Notes under the pieces: model-generated | The model's database searches: none | The model's input: the letters and a program-made list of their open reading frames with translations, nothing else | Told to the model about the DNA's origin: nothing | Source: an uncultured Desulfospira sp. | Lineage (GTDB): Bacteria; Desulfobacterota; Desulfobacteria; Desulfobacterales; Desulfobacteraceae | NCBI GenBank assembly: GCA_963663165.1 | Contig: OY760175.1 | Span: 1,152,001 to 1,216,000, forward strand | Reading direction: 5' to 3' | DNA length: 64,000 bases | Translations under genes and position numbers: made by a program | Shown here: piece after piece, positions 30,301-37,986 of the stretch | Layout of the letters: each line of letters begins with the position of its first letter | Position numbering within the stretch: position 1 is the first letter of the stretch

Positions 30301-32547
30301 TGTCAGGCAGCAGGCTCCGGTTGAAACAGGGCCAGGACAACCGCTTGTCCCCGTCAGGTCTGAGCATTTCTCATTTGGATGGAAGGTTCCGGATAGCTTG
30401 GCACAACTGGTTTCCAGCATCCAGTTGGCGCATTTATCCGCTGTACCGTCGTTATAACAGCATCCGCCATAGGACGGGCACTCTTCCTCTGAAAGGTCTT
30501 CACAGATGCCCCCTTCATTCCATGTGCCCTGAAGCAGCTTGCATTTATATTCGGTCAGGCTGTCCAGGCATTGCACCGGGAACACCCCGCTTTCGTTCAC
30601 ATAGGATATTTTCGGATGGCAGCAGGACCCCACCCCGGCCAAAACCGGACATTCTTCATTCGTCAGGTCGGCACATGCGCGATCGGCAAAGAATGATCCG
30701 CCACCGTCCGTACAGTCTGTGATATTCAGCCCATCATTGCAGACAGCCGTGGTTGAGCCGTTTTCGGCCACGATGGTATTGCAGCAGGCCCCGGTTGTCC
30801 CTTCAATAGCCGGACACTGCTCAAGGGTCAGGTCGGCGCATTGATCTTCTTCAAACCAGTTGCCGCCAAGGGACTCACACTGGGTCTGTGTTCTGCCGTC
30901 GATACACCGAACCGGTGTGCTTGAAAGGTCACTGAGGCAGCAGGCCCCAACCGTTTCCGGAATAACCGAACATTGTTCCATGGTAAGTTCGGAACACTGC
31001 TGATCAGCAAAAAAAGTACCGCCTAAAGTGGTACACTCTGCTGGAAGCTTCCCGTTGGCGCATTTGGCAATGCCTTCAGAATCCGTATAGCAGCATCCGC
31101 CATAGGGCGCACACGCTTCATCTGTGCATGCCCCCCCCTGGGTCCAGGTGCCCTGAAGCAGTTGGCATTGATATTCGGTCCGGTTTTCCAGGCATTGAAC
31201 CGGGAATACCCCGCTTTCATTGACATAGGAAATTTTCGGATGACAGCAGCTGCCTTTAAGGACAGCAGCCTGGCATTCTTCTGTTAAGAGGGTCTCACAG
31301 GAGCGGGATGCAAAAAACGACTCCCCTTCCCCCTCACATTGAGAAGCGGCCACGCCATCCTCACACATCCCTTCCAAACTCCGGCAGCAGGCACCGGTTT
31401 CACTGCCCGCCGCGCATTCGGCAGCGCTGAGATCAGAACACGACCGCTCCCCATAGAAAGACCCGTTCAGTTCATTTATGCATGCCTGCTCCGATACATT
31501 ATCATCGCATTTGACCACCGAGGGGCAATCTTCTTCTGAGTTATAGCAGCAGGCACCAAAGGGCGGGCATTCCGGCCCGGTTATTTCCGGGTTTATATCC
31601 GGATTCAAATCATCACAGTCACCTGAAATCCCATCAAGCTCCCCCTGGCTGTAGTATGTGTTATCGGGCCGGTTCTGCCCCCATACGCTTGTCCCGTCAG
31701 AATACCCGTCGCCATCCAGATCCCTGTACCAGTGAAACTTACCCATGCTTTCCGAGAAAAACCCCAGATCCGCCCCGTCAACATCACCGTCCGAGGTGAT
31801 ATCCAGCCCCAGGGTGGGATCGTACAGCAACTGAACTTCCGTTTGGGAAAGGGTCCGGCCGTATATGCGCACATCATCCATTTCACCGGAGAAAAAATGG
31901 GCCGGGGCGGCACCGCTCCATGACGCCCCCATGGCAATGGGCAGGCCGGTGATATCTTCAATGGGATCAAAATGGCTTTTGGACCACAACAGCCTGCCGT
32001 TTTTGTAAAACAGGACCCGGCTGTAAAAAGCACTGGCCTTTTCCACCACAACGGCGATGTGCTGCCAGCCAATGGTCACGTCTCCGGCAGCATGGGATTC
32101 CCCATGAAGGCTGACCAAATAACGATCGTCTGCAGAAAAACCGACGCTGACTATTGGTATTGAACCTGAGGATTGTTTCCCAAAAAATGTTTTCCCGGCT
32201 GTGGTCCCCTGGGGGTTGACCCACAGGGACAGGGAAAAAACCGAGGGCAGGTCAAAGCTGCCGGCCTGGATATGAGCACCGGTCCCGTCAAAAGAATAGG
32301 CCCTGCCGGGATTCCCGGACCGGTCCGCTGCCAGGGCGACACTATATGCAGTCCCGTCATACCCATTGGGCCCCATATCCAACACATTGCCGTCAAGGGG
32401 ATAATACGAGATCAGGCCGGCCGGCAGCTCGGCGGACACCGGGACGGTTACCCCTAAAACGCTGATTAAAAACATGCCCACCCAGCAGACCGCCTGGATG
32501 AAAAAAAGTTTCCCGGGGATTGATTTTATATTGCGTGTGGTATTCAT
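27331..32547 (-). CDS. Giant secreted protein: signal peptide, LamG/ConA-like domain, Ca/metal-binding motifs, 27 six-Cys 'GxCC' modules
   Basis: YYPLDGN...WQHIAVV...GEMDDVRIYGRTLS (LamG-like); WYRDLDGDGY...GDCDD (MopE-like motif); G[A/S/G]CC units counted in the translation. Confidence 0.85.
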   Translation of the reverse strand: MNTTRNIKSIPGKLFFIQAVCWVGMFLISVLGVTVPVSAELPAGLISYYPLDGNVLDMGPNGYDGTAYSVALAADRSGNPGRAYSFDGTGAHIQAGSFDLPSVFSLSLWVNPQGTTAGKTFFGKQSSGSIPIVSVGFSADDRYLVSLHGESHAAGDVTIGWQHIAVVVEKASAFYSRVLFYKNGRLLWSKSHFDPIEDITGLPIAMGASWSGAAPAHFFSGEMDDVRIYGRTLSQTEVQLLYDPTLGLDITSDGDVDGADLGFFSESMGKFHWYRDLDGDGYSDGTSVWGQNRPDNTYYSQGELDGISGDCDDLNPDINPEITGPECPPFGACCYNSEEDCPSVVKCDDNVSEQACINELNGSFYGERSCSDLSAAECAAGSETGACCRSLEGMCEDGVAASQCEGEGESFFASRSCETLLTEECQAAVLKGSCCHPKISYVNESGVFPVQCLENRTEYQCQLLQGTWTQGGACTDEACAPYGGCCYTDSEGIAKCANGKLPAECTTLGGTFFADQQCSELTMEQCSVIPETVGACCLSDLSSTPVRCIDGRTQTQCESLGGNWFEEDQCADLTLEQCPAIEGTTGACCNTIVAENGSTTAVCNDGLNITDCTDGGGSFFADRACADLTNEECPVLAGVGSCCHPKISYVNESGVFPVQCLDSLTEYKCKLLQGTWNEGGICEDLSEEECPSYGGCCYNDGTADKCANWMLETSCAKLSGTFHPNEKCSDLTGTSGCPGPVSTGACCLTSSGLSTSLRCIDARTLAQCTALGGSWHDEEACADLTYAQCPEVAELSGACCVSYGSGSSATANCFDSMTGSACSDAGGSLYANRLCSDLTSEECPRPAAVGSCCHPKISYVNESGVFPVQCLDSLTEYKCKLLQGTWNEGGICEDLSEEECPSYGGCCYNDGTADKCANWMLETSCAKLSGTFHPNEKCSDLTGTSGCPGPVSTGACCLTSSGLSTSLRCLDARTLAQCTALGGSWHEEEACADLTYAQCPEVAELSGACCVSYGSGSSATANCFDSMTGSACSDAGGSLYANRLCSDLTSEECPRPAAVGSCCHPKISYVNESGVFPVQCLNSLTEYKCKLLQGTWNEGGICEDLSEEECPSYGGCCYNDGTADKCANWMLETNCDKLSGTFHPNEKCSDLTGTSGCPGPVSTGACCLTSSGLSTPVRCLDARTLAQCTALGGFWHEEEACADLTYAQCPEVAELSGACCVSYGSGSSATANCFDSMTGSACSDAGGSLYANRLCSDLTSEECPRPAAVGSCCHPKISYVNESGVFPVQCLDSLTEYKCKLLQGAWSEAGICADLTEEECPPYGSCCYKDTSTGMTKCANWMLETSCAKLSGTFHPNETCAQAGCVDPPVVSACCLTTEDSDAITPVRCIDARTQIQCASIGGTWFEPEDGDEDGVQCSELTYGQCPAIAEATGACCITMVSGGTTTAMCNDNVTGSDCSDAGGSFFADRLCSDLTSEECPVPAATGSCCHPKISYVNESGVFPVQCLDNLTEYKCKILQGSWSEDGVCAYLSETECAPYGACCYKDTTGAKCANWMLETNCNKLSGKFYPNTQCADAGCYGSPDLGACCLSNVDGATISCLDDRTNAQCEVLGGEWYQHGDEKITCEMLIRSEKCTLIGACCYENEYGVQCEDFMRKTDCEELNGRFSDGYQCSDPEFKCETTQDPVGACCLSFNQSPNMRCVDARTNEQCKELGGVWFSDVSACEDLTYDQCPAIE
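28630..30630 (-). repeat. 630-bp tandem repeat (about 3 near-identical copies) inside the Cys-rich gene
   Basis: Anchor gacggctgccgg at 28741, 29371 and 30001. Confidence 0.9.
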
Positions 32548-32549
32548 TT

Positions 32550-33422
32550 TTATTTGCCTTTGCTGAGTTCCTGATTAATTATTTCCTGAACAGCCGACAA
32601 ACTGCGGCCCTTCAACAGTTTCCCATTGATAAACAGGGTGGGTGTCCCTGTAACATCGGCCTTAGAGGCGTCCTGCATGTCTTTGGCCACCTGATCCCGG
32701 ACCGGTGCGCTGTTCATGTCAGTTTTCCATTTTTCCATATCCAGGGCCAGGGACCGGGCAATGTCTTCAATGCCTTCTTGAGTCAACTTTTCTTGGGCAA
32801 ACAGCTGATCGTGAAATTCCCAGAATTTTCCCTGATTGTGGGCAGAAAGGGCGGCCCGGGCAGCCTGATCCGCCAGGGGGTGGAGTCGGCGAAGGGGCAT
32901 GTTTTTAAACACCAGCTTTACCGTGGCCGGGTTGTTTTTGAGAATCATGTCCAACAAAGGATTCATTTTCCTGCAAAAGGGGCATTCAAAATCCGTGAAT
33001 AAAGCAAGGGTGACCGGCGCATCCTCAGGGCCTTTAAACGGGGAACCGCTGATGTCAATATGATGGACAAAATCAATGGACAGGGCGGTCAGTGTGTTTG
33101 TCCGGCCGTCAATGAGGTAAAGGGTTTCAGCCCGGGGAGAAACATCAATACCGGTGACCCCTTTGCCAACCGACACCCCGCCGGCCAGCTGTCCGTCGGT
33201 GTCATAGACCAGTACCTTGCTTTCTTTGGTCAGGACAAAAACGTATTTCCCGTCATCTGAATGAACGATATCCACAGGGCTTTCCGGCAGCCGCCATTGT
33301 TTGGCCATATGCCATTCAATGGCCACGGTGTTTTCAGGTTCAGGGGATGCGGCAAGGGTAAAATCGGCCAAACAAGCCGTCATCAGGGCCGCAAGAATAA
33401 AAAAATACGGTTTTAAATTCAT
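32550..33422 (-). CDS. Exported DsbA-family thiol-disulfide oxidoreductase with N-terminal beta-propeller-like segment
   Basis: Signal peptide MNLKPYFFILAAL..., FTDFECPFC, GTPT cis-Pro loop; stop lies 2 bp before the giant gene start. Confidence 0.85.
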   Translation of the reverse strand: MNLKPYFFILAALMTACLADFTLAASPEPENTVAIEWHMAKQWRLPESPVDIVHSDDGKYVFVLTKESKVLVYDTDGQLAGGVSVGKGVTGIDVSPRAETLYLIDGRTNTLTALSIDFVHHIDISGSPFKGPEDAPVTLALFTDFECPFCRKMNPLLDMILKNNPATVKLVFKNMPLRRLHPLADQAARAALSAHNQGKFWEFHDQLFAQEKLTQEGIEDIARSLALDMEKWKTDMNSAPVRDQVAKDMQDASKADVTGTPTLFINGKLLKGRSLSAVQEIINQELSKGK

Positions 33423-33555
33423 GGCGTTAAATGGTTTCCATCCATAAGCGGTTGTGTGGGGATATATCTTTAAAAATGTATAGGATAGGAACTCCCTTTT
33501 TGTCAAGGAAATGTGAAGAGAATGTGACGGATTGGCCGTTTTTAAAGCAGAAAAC

Positions 33556-34737
33556 TTAGCGCATGGCCTTGTCAATTGAGGCAAAAACCCTGTCCCAGGT
33601 ATATGCTTCCTTTGCCAGGCACCGGGCGTTTTTCTGAATCGCCTGCCACAGGGGTTTGTCCGTTAACAGGGAGTGGATGTCGCCGGCCATTTTGCCCGGA
33701 TCTTCGGATATAATCGCATGGACCCGGTCTTTGAGCGCCAGCCCCGCTGTTCCCGTCGGCGTTGTGGCCACGGGGATGCCCCGGTACAGGGCGTTAATGA
33801 TTTTAACCTTTATCCCGCCCCCGAATCTTACCGGGGCGACAAACACCCGGCATTGGTCATAATACGGGGTCAGATCCGCCACAAACCCGGTCAGGATAAT
33901 ATCTGCTTTAGACGCCACCAATCTTTGCAGTGCGTTGCCCGGGGCGGCGCCCACAATATAAAAGCGCAGCTGCGGGTTTTGGGCCTTGAGGCGGTCCCAG
34001 ACATGGGTTATAAACCAGGTCAGGCCGTCTGAGTTCGGCTCCCAGCTCAAGGTTCCCACATAAAGCAGCGTCACCTGTGTCCGGTCAAAATCAATGCCGG
34101 GCAGATCCAGCAGCCGGGCATCCCCTAAATGAAAGGTTTCATAGAATTTCTCCGGCCGGGTCCCGAGCCGTAACAAATCCAGCCGGTCATTGGGGGCGGC
34201 CAGGATGCCGTGGGCTTTTTTTCCGGCGGCTGTTTCCCAGGCCTTGATCCGTTTGGACTCCAGATAAATCACCAGTTTTTTAATGGGATTTCTTTCAAGG
34301 TGGGCCAGTTTCTCCCAGATCACATATTCCGCATTATGGGCATGCAGAATAATGCGGCCGCCAAACCCTTCCGGTATATAGGGGGCCATGATAAGGGAAT
34401 CTAAAAACAGGATATCATACCCGTCGGCAATTTGTTCGACATGGGCTTTAAACGTGGCCGAATAATTTCTGTACAGGGACAGCGGCATGTGTTTAAAATA
34501 GCTTTTCAAAAGATTCCGGATGGTCCTGGGTCTGCTCAGCATTTCCCCATAAAACGCCGTTGTTCTGATTTTTGACAACAGCATGGCTTCTCGCCGGTCA
34601 AAATTGTCCGCAAAAAACACACAAACAGCCAGGTCGTAATGCCTTGAAAGGTATTCGGCCATTTCCCACCGTTTTACGGCACCCCCGCTGACCGGCGGAT
34701 AGTCCAGCTGATGGGCAAGAAAAAGGATCTTTTTCAA
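33556..34737 (-). CDS. GT4-family glycosyltransferase
   Basis: PPVSGG, HNAEY, LYVGTLSWEPN, GGGIKVKIINAL. Confidence 0.85.
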   Translation of the reverse strand: MKKILFLAHQLDYPPVSGGAVKRWEMAEYLSRHYDLAVCVFFADNFDRREAMLLSKIRTTAFYGEMLSRPRTIRNLLKSYFKHMPLSLYRNYSATFKAHVEQIADGYDILFLDSLIMAPYIPEGFGGRIILHAHNAEYVIWEKLAHLERNPIKKLVIYLESKRIKAWETAAGKKAHGILAAPNDRLDLLRLGTRPEKFYETFHLGDARLLDLPGIDFDRTQVTLLYVGTLSWEPNSDGLTWFITHVWDRLKAQNPQLRFYIVGAAPGNALQRLVASKADIILTGFVADLTPYYDQCRVFVAPVRFGGGIKVKIINALYRGIPVATTPTGTAGLALKDRVHAIISEDPGKMAGDIHSLLTDKPLWQAIQKNARCLAKEAYTWDRVFASIDKAMR

Positions 34738-36527
34738 GGGGAAACCAGCCTTTGAAATACGGTCCTTTTATTGATCAGATCCTGGGGGGTTCCCAAGGTT
34801 TTTATCCGGCCGTTTTGAAGCAGTACAATCCGGTCACACTGTGTCAGGGCGCTCATGCGGTGGGCCACAATGATCATGGTCTTTTTGCCGTGGAGGGCAT
34901 TGACGGCCCGGGATAGATCCTGCTCGGTGTGTTCGTCCAAAGCCGATGTGGCTTCGTCAAATATGAGAAGCTCAGGGTCATGGTAAAGGGCCCGGGCAAT
35001 GGCAACCCGCTGTTTTTCCCCGCCGGACAGGGTCAGCCCCCGCTCCCCGATGTCTGTGTCCAGGCCCTGGGGCAGCGTAGATATAAAATCTTCCAGCTGG
35101 GCCATATGGACGGCTTTGGCCACTTTAGTGCGGTCAATTTCATGGGCATTGATCCCAAAGGCGATATTTTGTGCCAGGGTGTCATCGGTCAGATAGATGT
35201 CCTGGGGGACAAACCCGATTTTCCGGCGCCAGGATGCCATCCGGCTTTGAATATTCGCATCATCCACGAGAATCCGGCCTTTTAAAGGCGGTATCAGTCC
35301 CAGTATAAGATCGATAATGGTGCTTTTGCCACTGCCGGTAGGCCCCATAATGCCGATAAATTCTCCGGGATGAATGGTTATTGAAACATCGGTTAAAACC
35401 GGCCCGCGCTCCTTTTCATAGGTAAAGGAAACCTGATCCAGAACCAGATGGTGTTGAAAGGTCATGTCCGGCTGCGAATCCTGCGGGTCAGCAGATTCCG
35501 ATTCATATGTCGCTAAAAGTGCCATATCTGCGGCCAGAAGGTCTGCCTCAGCCCCGCCGTACCGGATGAGGTTGATATGCATGGACAGCCGGTTAAATGA
35601 CGGAATGGCCCGGAACCCGGCATAGGTAAAAAGGCCTAAAAGCGGCAGCACATCCTGCATCCCGCCGGCCTTTTCCATGGTTAAAAATACAATGATGAGC
35701 GGCACACAGACAAAAACGGTTTCCACCAGAAACCGGGGGCTGTGGTTCAAGGTGACCACCAGCCGCCTTTGCCGGGAAAGGGCGTTCTGGGTATGGCAAA
35801 ACATGTCATGCCAGAAGGATTCCCGGCCCATGACCTTTACTTCTTTTAATGCGCCAAACGCCTGCTGCATGGTCTTCAGGGCATTTTGCCGCATGTGTTG
35901 TTCCTGGACACCGAGCCTGGCAAACAGGCGGTGCAGCGCTATCAGCAGGGCGCCAAGCAAAAGAGACAGCAAAGAAACGCAACCGATCGTCATCATGGGA
36001 GAGGCCATGATCAGCACGGTAATAATGCCGCAAAGAATGAGGATTTCCGACAGGCCGGCGACAACGGATTCCAAGAGCAGGTGTACCGTGGCCTCCATGC
36101 CCTTGGAAGTCCGGTCAATAAGGGCGGCGGAGTTGCGGTGGAAATGAAAGGAAAACGGTGCGCCAAGATACCGCTTGAACAGGTTGGCGGACAGGAGGGC
36201 AATGGTGGTGTTGGTGAGCCGGCTTCTCAGATAGCAGGCGGTCAGCAGAAAAAAATTTTTCAGCATATAGTACAGACAGACCATTAAGACAAAGCTGAAT
36301 ATGACCGTTTTTTCATCTGCCAGGGCCAATCCCGTATAAAGCCGCGAGACCACGGGGATGTCATAAACAGCGGCCGGGTCCATCATCACCTTTAGCAGGG
36401 CATACACCGCAGCCGCGCCAAGCCCTTCGGCTGCGGCTTCTGCCGCAGAAAGCGGTATGAGGCCCGCCCAGTAACGGCGCATGGACGGCGGCAGGAGCAA
36501 AAAGGCGGTTTTTATTTGCTTAAACAC
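34734..36527 (-). CDS. ABC transporter, fused permease/ATPase, PglK/MsbA-like glycan-export type
   Basis: FHFHRNSA, KEVKVMG, GPTGSGKST, LSGGEKQR, FDEATSALD; sits between glycosyltransferase genes. Confidence 0.8.
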   Translation of the reverse strand: MFKQIKTAFLLLPPSMRRYWAGLIPLSAAEAAAEGLGAAAVYALLKVMMDPAAVYDIPVVSRLYTGLALADEKTVIFSFVLMVCLYYMLKNFFLLTACYLRSRLTNTTIALLSANLFKRYLGAPFSFHFHRNSAALIDRTSKGMEATVHLLLESVVAGLSEILILCGIITVLIMASPMMTIGCVSLLSLLLGALLIALHRLFARLGVQEQHMRQNALKTMQQAFGALKEVKVMGRESFWHDMFCHTQNALSRQRRLVVTLNHSPRFLVETVFVCVPLIIVFLTMEKAGGMQDVLPLLGLFTYAGFRAIPSFNRLSMHINLIRYGGAEADLLAADMALLATYESESADPQDSQPDMTFQHHLVLDQVSFTYEKERGPVLTDVSITIHPGEFIGIMGPTGSGKSTIIDLILGLIPPLKGRILVDDANIQSRMASWRRKIGFVPQDIYLTDDTLAQNIAFGINAHEIDRTKVAKAVHMAQLEDFISTLPQGLDTDIGERGLTLSGGEKQRVAIARALYHDPELLIFDEATSALDEHTEQDLSRAVNALHGKKTMIIVAHRMSALTQCDRIVLLQNGRIKTLGTPQDLINKRTVFQRLVSP

Positions 36528-37750
36528 GGTCTGTCCCCATTGACTAATGATAATAGGATATTTTCTAATCGTCTTCCAAATACCGGCATAGAAAATAAGG
36601 CCTGGGCCCTTTTCTGGGCAGCTTTTCCCATGTCGGCGGCTCTGGCCGGATCAGCGATAAATGTTTTCATGGCCCGGGCAAAATCGCCGGCTGCCGGGTC
36701 ACACAAAAAACCGGTCAGCCCGTTCACGACGGTTTCTTTGGGTCCTCCCCGGTTGACCGCTATGACCGGCTTGCCGGCGGCCATGGCCTCGACAATCCCG
36801 ATGCCGAAATGTTCGTTAACACTGGTATAAACCATGATATCACAGTCCTTGAGCAAGCTTAAGCGCCGGCTGTCCGAAATGGAGGACAAAAAGACCACCT
36901 GGCCGTGCAGGTTTAACTGGTCTGCCTGTGCCTTTAAATCATCTAAGGTCTGCCGCTGCTCCGGGAGACGCTCATCACAGGCACCCGCCATGATAAGCTG
37001 TATTCCATGGAATGTCTCCGGTGAAACCGTCCCGCGAAGGGCTGCCAGGGCATCCAGGGCCAGGGCCAGATTTTTTTCAGGAGCAAACCGGTTGATGGAC
37101 AACAAATTGATCCGGCCTTTATCCGTTAATCCGGAATACATTGGCCCACTGCCCGCCGGGGTCAGAAATTGCGGGATATCAACGCCGGGATAAAGGACCT
37201 TGGGCGGTTTGCGTGAAAAATAAGGGAATGAATCTTTAAATGTCCGGGCTGTAAACTCACTGTTCACCAGGATCTGATGGGCAAACCGCATCCCAAACCG
37301 TTCCAGGCCGTTTACCGGCACCCTGTAAACCCGGTACAGCCCCTTTTTTTGAGGCGCAAGAAGGACATCCGGGTAATGGCCGTAAAACAAAATCTTTGCC
37401 CTGGATATCAGGCGGTAAAAGGGAATAACATGGGGCACCAGGTCACAAACCATAACGTCACAGCAGCGGGATGCCTGTTTCATGGCCAGGGCCATCACCA
37501 TCATCCGGGCAATGGCACAAGGGACGCGAAACCGGCCGGACAGGCCATGGGGGACGAAATTACCCGCGACCTTTATGGTCAGCATGGGGTTGCGTGTCTT
37601 CTCAAGACAATGGCAGGGATCATACCGGCCGGTAAAAATGGTAACCTCATGGCCCTGGTTCACAAGTTCAACCGCCGCATCAACCATCAGCCGTTCAGCG
37701 CCGCCAATGCCCAGATCCGGATGTAAAAATGCAATCTTGAGCCGTTTCAT
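36512..37750 (-). CDS. ALG2-like GT4 mannosyltransferase
   Basis: FLHPDLGIGGAERLMVDAA, KILFYGHYPD, ILVNSEFT, LLSINRF, NEHFGI, AVNRGGP, TGFLC occur in the same order as in eukaryotic ALG2. Confidence 0.85.
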   Translation of the reverse strand: MKRLKIAFLHPDLGIGGAERLMVDAAVELVNQGHEVTIFTGRYDPCHCLEKTRNPMLTIKVAGNFVPHGLSGRFRVPCAIARMMVMALAMKQASRCCDVMVCDLVPHVIPFYRLISRAKILFYGHYPDVLLAPQKKGLYRVYRVPVNGLERFGMRFAHQILVNSEFTARTFKDSFPYFSRKPPKVLYPGVDIPQFLTPAGSGPMYSGLTDKGRINLLSINRFAPEKNLALALDALAALRGTVSPETFHGIQLIMAGACDERLPEQRQTLDDLKAQADQLNLHGQVVFLSSISDSRRLSLLKDCDIMVYTSVNEHFGIGIVEAMAAGKPVIAVNRGGPKETVVNGLTGFLCDPAAGDFARAMKTFIADPARAADMGKAAQKRAQALFSMPVFGRRLENILLSLVNGDRPCLSK

Positions 37751-37986
37751 TTTTTGTTATGTTCCAAAAAACAAAATATCCCGTTAAAAAAAGTCTCCAA
37801 GGTTAGAATACGGCCTTAGACGCGATACGGTTTCATCATGTTGAGGCAGTATCAGGTCCAAAGTCGCCCCGTCAAGAAAAAAATAGCTTGAGAAAAAACC
37901 GCTGCTTTGGTTACCATGATGTTTTGGCAAATTAAAAATAATCCAGGCACACATAACAACAAAGAAGCGTACTATCGAGGTCACCC

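Noticed and set aside
29556..30722. 388-aa plus-strand ORF and other shadow ORFs overlapping long genes
   Set aside because: Antisense or alternative-frame by-products of repetitive or GC-rich coding sequence, with no recognisable motifs
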